IMG/VR virus record: IMGVR_UViG_3300028129_000010
Span: 9,178 to 73,177 of that record
Origin: a virus
Lineage: Duplodnaviria > Caudoviricetes
Reading direction: 5' to 3' (one strand)
DNA length: 64,000 nt
The notes below the pieces were generated by a model, which saw nothing but the letters and a program-made list of their open reading frames with translations, was not told the DNA's origin and searched no databases. A program made the position numbers and the translations under genes. Shown here in pieces: positions 57,996 through 64,000 of the stretch; within the stretch, counting starts at the first letter, position 1; every line of letters begins with the position of its first letter.

Positions 57996-58835
57996 ATGAA
58001 AGATTTAATAAAACTTTATGAAAACTTTTGTTTTTTAAAGGGTATCCCTTTTAAATTAGATGATAGTGTTAAGAGTTATGATGATACAACTCTTTTTTGT
58101 CCAGCTGGTATGCAACAATTTAAGGACAAATTTAAAAATCCTGACAACACCACAATAGCAAATATTCAATCTTGTATTAGACTTAATGATTTGGATGAAA
58201 TTGGTGATGGCACCCATATGTTACATTTTAAAATGATTGGGTTATTTTCTTTTGGTGAAATGACACTTAATGAGGCTGTTGATTTTTGGGTGGAGTTTAT
58301 TAGGGGTTACTTAGGTATAAAGATTGATTATGTTACGATTCATCCAGATAAATTTGATAATTGGAAGTGGTTATATGAACGTCATCGTATCCCTATTAAA
58401 TTAGATAGTGAATGTATTTGGTCTGATGGTGAAATGGGTGGTTATTGTACAGAGTTTTATCATGATAATGTTGAGATTGGTAATATCGTAAATACAATGG
58501 ATAAGTTTATTGATGTTGGTTTTGGATTCTCCAGAATTAATGATATTATTAATGGTAAAAATGAATTAACAAAAAACGATATACTTATTGACGCTATTAA
58601 CAAGATAATTGAATCTGGATTTAAACCAGGACCACAAAAACAAGGTTACATACTTAGGAAACTTCTCAGACAACTATATGTAGGTGGTGGTAGTATTGAA
58701 CACCCATTATTTACAAAAGAGGTTGAAAGACAAGAAAAGGCTAAGGTTAGATACGAAAGACTTAAAGATAAACATTCTGATAAACCAAAAGAATGGTGGT
58801 TTGATACTCATGGTATTGACTTAGACGAAATGTAA
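57996..58835 (+). CDS. Minimal alanyl-tRNA-synthetase-like protein (catalytic core plus trimmed helical domain, no editing or C-Ala domain; 279 aa)
   Basis: DDTTLFCPAGMQQFK (motif 1); QSCIRLNDLDEIG...HFKMIGLFSFG (motif 2); EIGNIV; IDVGFGFSRI (motif 3); GYILRKLLR; FDTHG. Confidence 0.85.
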   Translation: MKDLIKLYENFCFLKGIPFKLDDSVKSYDDTTLFCPAGMQQFKDKFKNPDNTTIANIQSCIRLNDLDEIGDGTHMLHFKMIGLFSFGEMTLNEAVDFWVEFIRGYLGIKIDYVTIHPDKFDNWKWLYERHRIPIKLDSECIWSDGEMGGYCTEFYHDNVEIGNIVNTMDKFIDVGFGFSRINDIINGKNELTKNDILIDAINKIIESGFKPGPQKQGYILRKLLRQLYVGGGSIEHPLFTKEVERQEKAKVRYERLKDKHSDKPKEWWFDTHGIDLDEM

Positions 58836-58884
58836 TCTAATTACCCTTAATTCAGTGTAATTAATTTAACACAACAGAATAATT

Positions 58885-59565
58885 ATGAATATAATATTAT
58901 TAATAAGAAGTTATGATAGAGGTAATTACTTAATAAATACGATATCTTCTATAATTAAATCAGATATTAATTTATGCGATAAAAGATACATATATGACGA
59001 TAACTCAAAAGATAAAATAGTAAAAGAAATATTAGAAGGAAAAGATTTAAAATTACCAAACAAAGAATTTGATGTAGTTATTGGTGATAAAAATTTAGGT
59101 TGTAAGTATTCATTCATAGAAGCATTAAAACATATTAAAAACGAAAATAAAGATAATAAAGATTATCTAGTTATTACTATTGATAATGATGTTATAGTCC
59201 AGAAAGACTGGATTAATAAAACATTAGATATGTATGATAAAATAAAAAATATCTTTAATACTGATAATTTTTTATTAACAGGTTTTAACCCAACAAACTC
59301 TCATTTAAACATGATTAAAGATTATGGTAATTTCTACCAAAAAGAAACTTGTGGCGGTATTAATTTAATATTCCATAGTAATATGATAGATTTTATTATG
59401 GAAGGATGGGAGAAAGGTGATAATGACTGGGGTGTTATAGATAAATTAAAAGAGAAAGGATTTCCCTTATTTTGTTTTAAAGAATCTATAATTAACCACA
59501 TAGGTAAGTTAGGTTTATTTTCAGGTAATTTGGGTTATGACGTAGATAAAAAATTTAAACCTTAA
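58885..59565 (+). CDS. Glycosyltransferase, GT-A fold / GT2-like (226 aa)
   Basis: IRSYDR..YL..TI.SI; IYDDNSKD; N.G; ITIDNDVIV (DxD); DWG; INHIG. Confidence 0.8.
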   Translation: MNIILLIRSYDRGNYLINTISSIIKSDINLCDKRYIYDDNSKDKIVKEILEGKDLKLPNKEFDVVIGDKNLGCKYSFIEALKHIKNENKDNKDYLVITIDNDVIVQKDWINKTLDMYDKIKNIFNTDNFLLTGFNPTNSHLNMIKDYGNFYQKETCGGINLIFHSNMIDFIMEGWEKGDNDWGVIDKLKEKGFPLFCFKESIINHIGKLGLFSGNLGYDVDKKFKP

Positions 59566-60197
59566 ATATCGTAACCATATTTTTTAGATATTCCTTTTAA
59601 TTCATTATATAACTTACTATTTTTAATATCATTTATTAAAGTTTCGTTATCTATTTTTATCACCTTTTCTTCTTTTTTTGTGTTTACCTTTTTATCTAAT
59701 GGTTTTATTTTTTTACCTAAAAATTTGGATAGTGAATCATAATTAATATCCTCTAAATTTAATATTAATCTGTTTAAATTATAACCCTCAATCATTTTAA
59801 TCCAACCAATGTAATAAGACATAGTTTTTTCAACTGAGGATTCATAATTTAAATCTACATATTTTTTAATTAATTGCACATATTCTGAGTTTTTCATATT
59901 TTCATCACTAAAAACATCTAATTCAACCCATGATTTAATCACATTTATTGGGTTTCTAACTATATGGATAAATTTTATATTTTCGTTATATCCTTTAATT
60001 GTTGTTATAAAAGGTACCGATAACCAACTACTCTCTGATTTTAAATTGCTAGTTATAATTTGTTTTCTATAAGATTCAAGTGTTGCTGGAACACCAAAAA
60101 CAGATTCGTGACCGCAACGAATATTATTCATAGTCAAAAGCTCTGACATAAATCCAGTCCCACTCCTACCTGTTCCAATAATTAAATAATCAATCAT
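59562..60197 (-). CDS. PAPS-dependent sulfotransferase-like protein (211 aa)
   Basis: IIGTGRSGTGFMSELL (5'-PSB loop); CGHE; IHIVRNP..VIKS (3'-PB); LEDI. Confidence 0.75.
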   Translation of the reverse strand: MIDYLIIGTGRSGTGFMSELLTMNNIRCGHESVFGVPATLESYRKQIITSNLKSESSWLSVPFITTIKGYNENIKFIHIVRNPINVIKSWVELDVFSDENMKNSEYVQLIKKYVDLNYESSVEKTMSYYIGWIKMIEGYNLNRLILNLEDINYDSLSKFLGKKIKPLDKKVNTKKEEKVIKIDNETLINDIKNSKLYNELKGISKKYGYDI

Positions 60198-60210
60198 ACT
60201 TCAAATTTTT

Positions 60211-63200
60211 TTAAAAATCCCAACCATCCCTTAAATGACATCTTACATAACCAAATAAATGTATTTGTTTACCATTTTTATATTTGTCTAACATAGTTTT
60301 ATAAAACAAGATATCCTCACTTGTATTACCTTCACTAACTACATTAGTCCATTTAACATCACATGTTTTTTTATGTGATATTAAACCAGGTGATTGTAAA
60401 ATCAAACTTCTTTTAACATAACTCCTAACCCACCTACTATCTAATCCATTAATCAAAGATGATTTATTAGTTAAATGTCTATCAAAAAGCACATTATAAA
60501 ATTTAACCTTATTAGGTGTTAATACCGCAAAATTATCCCACCAACATCTATTTATTATCCAATCTAAATTAAAATTATATTCCCAATACTTTAAAAGTAT
60601 CTCTAAATAATTTTTTGTTAAAAAATCATCACTATCCATATAAGTTATAATATCACCCTCAGACATATCAACACCTATTTGTCTAGGTTCACCAACATAA
60701 TTTATAGTTTCAGAGTCTTTTTCATACATTTTTTTTGAGCTATTCTCATATAACTTAAATTTAACTCTATCATTTTCCTTATAATTTTCATTATATAATT
60801 TTTCAGTAATTTTACAATTATCTGAAATAACAATTAACTCTGTATTCTTATTAGTTTGGCTTAAAAATGAGTTAACCGCCCTAATAAACTTTCTTTCTGG
60901 TTCAGTTCTACTCCCTGGGTAATCACCTAAATAAGATTGCATTACAACGGATATTTTTATACCTTTCTTACGATTGTAAGATTTTCTCCAATGCCCTACA
61001 TGATTATGTATAAAATATTCATCACATTCATTTTTGGTTAAATATTTTGGTTTATCATCTAACTTGTCAAAAACCTCACTTACAACGTCTGGACCAGTTG
61101 TATACAAAATGTCATAATCTTCCTTTATCTCTAAATCTTTTCTTTCCTTACACAAATCTAATATTTTTTGCATATTTTTAGAATGTGGTTTAGACATCAT
61201 AAAATAGTTTGAAATCCTAAGATTACATTCAGGTATATTATTTCTAATAGGTAATTTTTTAGTGGTTTCACAAAAATAATCATCAGTTGTTGTCTCCTCA
61301 AAAAATAAGTCTTCTAAATGATTATTTTCTTCATATGTTTTATAAAACCCTTTTTTACTTAATATATCTAAATCAACATATATACCACCAAAATACTTTA
61401 AAATGATATATCTAGCATAATCAGATTTTTGTATATTATGTACATAACCTGTGTAAATATCTACCTCTTCCTCATTCATTATTTTTAAAACATCACTTTC
61501 CCTCCAAAGTATTGTATGAAAGTTTGGGTTATATTTTTTAAACTCTTTTAAATCTGTTCTTGAGTTACTTGGGTATTCATTATCATATAACAAAAGTCTA
61601 TGAATTATTGGTGGTATTTTATCTTGATTCTTATATTCTTTTAAAATGTAATTTACCCCCATAAAATCATGATAAAAATCATAAGACACTTCTTCATTAG
61701 TTTCTTCTGAGTCAGACTTAATAACATCAACCAGTGAAGTCTTTGGTGATAATATCATACCTTCATTTTCCTTTAAGTATTCTCTAATTAATAGTTTATA
61801 ATTTTCACTATTAAATAAATCTTTTAAACCCTCATATAATTCAGACTTAAACCCAATATTTTTAAAATCTAAATTAGAATGTGCTATATAATCCTTTTTA
61901 AAATGAATAACCTTACGTAAAGTTTCATTAGTTAAATCTTTAACAAAACCAGTTATTATAGAATTATCATATAGTTTATCACTAAAATACTCAAATGTTT
62001 TAAATAATTCAACTAACCAATCTTGTCTCATTATTAAATCATTATCTAACTTTATTAAGTAATCACACTTAAAGTTATTATATAGAATATCTAAACCTAA
62101 TTTTTGATTTTGAAGTTTTGTATCTTTATTTGTTTTTGAAATTTTAATAGTATTAAATTTTGTGAATTTATAATTATTAATTAAATCTATAACATCTTTA
62201 GGTAAATGGTTATCACATATAAATAAAACTAATAATTTTTTATTTATAATCACATTATTTAAACTATCTAACATTTTTTTAGTTATATGATAATTATCAG
62301 TTATGTGAATAAATAAACCACTATCATATTCTAAATTAATATTTTGATATTCTTCTGGTGTGTAACCCTTATCATTTATTAAAACACCATCAAAAGAATC
62401 GAATAAAGGTAAATTGTTTTTAGTGTTAAGGTTGAAATATGAAACACCTTCGTATTTTTTACTATATTTTATTATTCTTTCATAAAGGTTATTATAACCC
62501 CATGTATTATCTGAATGGACTCTATAAACATAAAGTTCTGGTTTATATAAGACTGATAAATCGTCTTTTATATTTTCAATAAAAGTAGTATCTTCACCTT
62601 TTTTTAACGATGGATATAAAGTTTTAAGTTCGGACTTTTTATACATAAAAGAACCCTCCCAACCAATAAATGAAATTCTTTTACATTCTAATAATTCATT
62701 TTTTACATTATCATAAACTAACCAACTACTTAATATTGACCCATTTTTATTATTTATTTTTAAGTCTCTAAATTGTTCCCAAAGTCTTAAAGGGTGATAC
62801 CAATCATCATCGTCCCATTGACATACATATTCACCACTAGATTCATTTATAGATATATTTCTTAACTCACCTAAAGTTTTTTTATTTTTTGATGAATCTA
62901 CTTCAATAAATTTAATATCGATATTATTTTTAAATTCTTTAATTACCTTGTTTATCTCAGTATTATCGTTCTCGTAAATAATTATTAATTCCTTATTTGG
63001 GTATATTTGTTTATTATAACATGTTATAGTGTTTTTTAATAAATCATAACCATTTTTAGTGACACATAAACAAGATATTTTAGGTAATAAAACCATCCCA
63101 CTTTTTTTGTAATATTCTTTAGTATGGTTTGAATTTTCACTATAATTTAAATTTAATAAATCATGAATTGCCACCACTTTTTTTATGTATTCCAATGAAG

Positions 63201-63879
63201 AGTAATGTTTATCTTGCCACCAAGTACCATCATATAAATGCATTAAGTATGAATATTGAACGTTTTTTGAAATAACCCCATTTGATATTTCATAAAAAGT
63301 CATAGGGTTAAAATATAAATTATCTAAAATAGTTATTTCATTTTTATTTTCATATCTTTCATAAACCCTATTAAAAAAAAGAGGCCCAGTCATATTTAAA
63401 ACATCATCAGTATCGTTTGAATTAATTTTATCTGAATCTATGTTTCTAACAATATCATCTATCAATTCTTTTATAAAACTAGTATTAGGTTTGGAAATAA
63501 TTACAGCATTAGATAGAATATAGTCAGTGTTAAAATTTAAAGCGTTTTTCCTATCCTCCTCACATATAACAACATCATTTATATTCAATAAATCTTCAAT
63601 ACTCTTTAAAGGTAATACATCTAAATCAACATATATCCCACCAAATTTATAAACATATAAGAGTCTTATAAAATCTAACTTCATAACAACCCTATCAAAT
63701 TTATCTATAATGATTTTATATTGTGGAAAATATTTATTTACAAACGATTCATTAGTTTTATCACTATAGAATTTTACTTTTAACCCTTTATTTAATAAAA
63801 CCCACCTCTTTAAAATGAATTCTTGTTTTTCTGTTAAGTTTTCATCTTTCCAAGTAATATGTAATATTTTATTGTTCAT
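60211..63879 (-). CDS. Multidomain glycosyltransferase: GT32-like, GT2, GT2-like, GT32-like, GT2 (1222 aa)
   Basis: DxD motifs: GGIYVDLDV, EYVCQWDDDDW, DYLIKLDND, GGIYVDLDI, ITYMDSDDF; KISCLCVT and KISVVMQSY GT2 N-termini; IPPIIHR GT32 start. Confidence 0.85.
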   Translation of the reverse strand: MNNKILHITWKDENLTEKQEFILKRWVLLNKGLKVKFYSDKTNESFVNKYFPQYKIIIDKFDRVVMKLDFIRLLYVYKFGGIYVDLDVLPLKSIEDLLNINDVVICEEDRKNALNFNTDYILSNAVIISKPNTSFIKELIDDIVRNIDSDKINSNDTDDVLNMTGPLFFNRVYERYENKNEITILDNLYFNPMTFYEISNGVISKNVQYSYLMHLYDGTWWQDKHYSSLEYIKKVVAIHDLLNLNYSENSNHTKEYYKKSGMVLLPKISCLCVTKNGYDLLKNTITCYNKQIYPNKELIIIYENDNTEINKVIKEFKNNIDIKFIEVDSSKNKKTLGELRNISINESSGEYVCQWDDDDWYHPLRLWEQFRDLKINNKNGSILSSWLVYDNVKNELLECKRISFIGWEGSFMYKKSELKTLYPSLKKGEDTTFIENIKDDLSVLYKPELYVYRVHSDNTWGYNNLYERIIKYSKKYEGVSYFNLNTKNNLPLFDSFDGVLINDKGYTPEEYQNINLEYDSGLFIHITDNYHITKKMLDSLNNVIINKKLLVLFICDNHLPKDVIDLINNYKFTKFNTIKISKTNKDTKLQNQKLGLDILYNNFKCDYLIKLDNDLIMRQDWLVELFKTFEYFSDKLYDNSIITGFVKDLTNETLRKVIHFKKDYIAHSNLDFKNIGFKSELYEGLKDLFNSENYKLLIREYLKENEGMILSPKTSLVDVIKSDSEETNEEVSYDFYHDFMGVNYILKEYKNQDKIPPIIHRLLLYDNEYPSNSRTDLKEFKKYNPNFHTILWRESDVLKIMNEEEVDIYTGYVHNIQKSDYARYIILKYFGGIYVDLDILSKKGFYKTYEENNHLEDLFFEETTTDDYFCETTKKLPIRNNIPECNLRISNYFMMSKPHSKNMQKILDLCKERKDLEIKEDYDILYTTGPDVVSEVFDKLDDKPKYLTKNECDEYFIHNHVGHWRKSYNRKKGIKISVVMQSYLGDYPGSRTEPERKFIRAVNSFLSQTNKNTELIVISDNCKITEKLYNENYKENDRVKFKLYENSSKKMYEKDSETINYVGEPRQIGVDMSEGDIITYMDSDDFLTKNYLEILLKYWEYNFNLDWIINRCWWDNFAVLTPNKVKFYNVLFDRHLTNKSSLINGLDSRWVRSYVKRSLILQSPGLISHKKTCDVKWTNVVSEGNTSEDILFYKTMLDKYKNGKQIHLFGYVRCHLRDGWDF

Positions 63880-63929
63880 ATCTTTCTATATAAATATTAT
63901 CTTTTTAATTAAAATAATTTTAATACAAT

Positions 63930-63964
63930 AAAAAAAGGGAGTCCCGAAAGACTCCCCTTTTTTT
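63930..63964. terminator. Bidirectional intrinsic terminator
   Basis: A7-GGGAGTC-CCGAAA-GACTCCC-C-T7. Confidence 0.85.
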
Positions 63965-64000
63965 GTATATGAAATAAATTAATATTTACATATTAGAATA

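Noticed and set aside
57996-58835. Mini-AlaRS as a frameshifted pseudogene of a full alaS
   Set aside because: Motifs are intact, with several clean in-frame internal deletions. The next gene starts 49 nt later and is an unrelated GT, with no editing-domain remnant.

Overview
This window is a strongly AT-rich, densely coded fragment of a large contractile-tailed (myovirus-type) phage genome in the standard genetic code; it is not a bacterial chromosome. The host is most likely Bacteroidota (Flavobacteria-like): three near-perfect TTTG-N20-TATATTTG promoters are present, and predicted virion proteins carry SprB-like and T9SS-adhesin-like repeats. Layout: (1) 1-24.8 kb, minus-strand baseplate/tail-appendage genes (two collar/fibre-like paralogs, PA14-like protein, wedge proteins, gp6/J-like, gp25-like), interrupted by an antisense Hef-like homing endonuclease; (2) 24.9-33.3 kb, replication/recombination block (nrdA, nrdB, DnaB-like helicase, 5'-3' exonuclease, RecA/UvsX, gp32-like SSB); (3) 33.6-56.5 kb, small genes, amidase, hub proteins, LysM-like protein, tape measure, tail chaperone with a probable +1/-2 programmed frameshift, tail tube and tail sheath; (4) 56.6-63.9 kb, an accessory modification island: an unannotated ribbon-helix-helix gene, a J-domain/DOT1-like methyltransferase fusion, a 279-aa minimal alanyl-tRNA-synthetase-like enzyme, a GT2, a sulfotransferase and a 1222-aa protein of probably five glycosyltransferase domains. 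This island is the best candidate for a novel system, possibly a phage-encoded glycan assembly and decoration pathway. All family assignments come from motif recognition by eye; no database searches were run. No tRNA, rRNA or CRISPR array was recognised.
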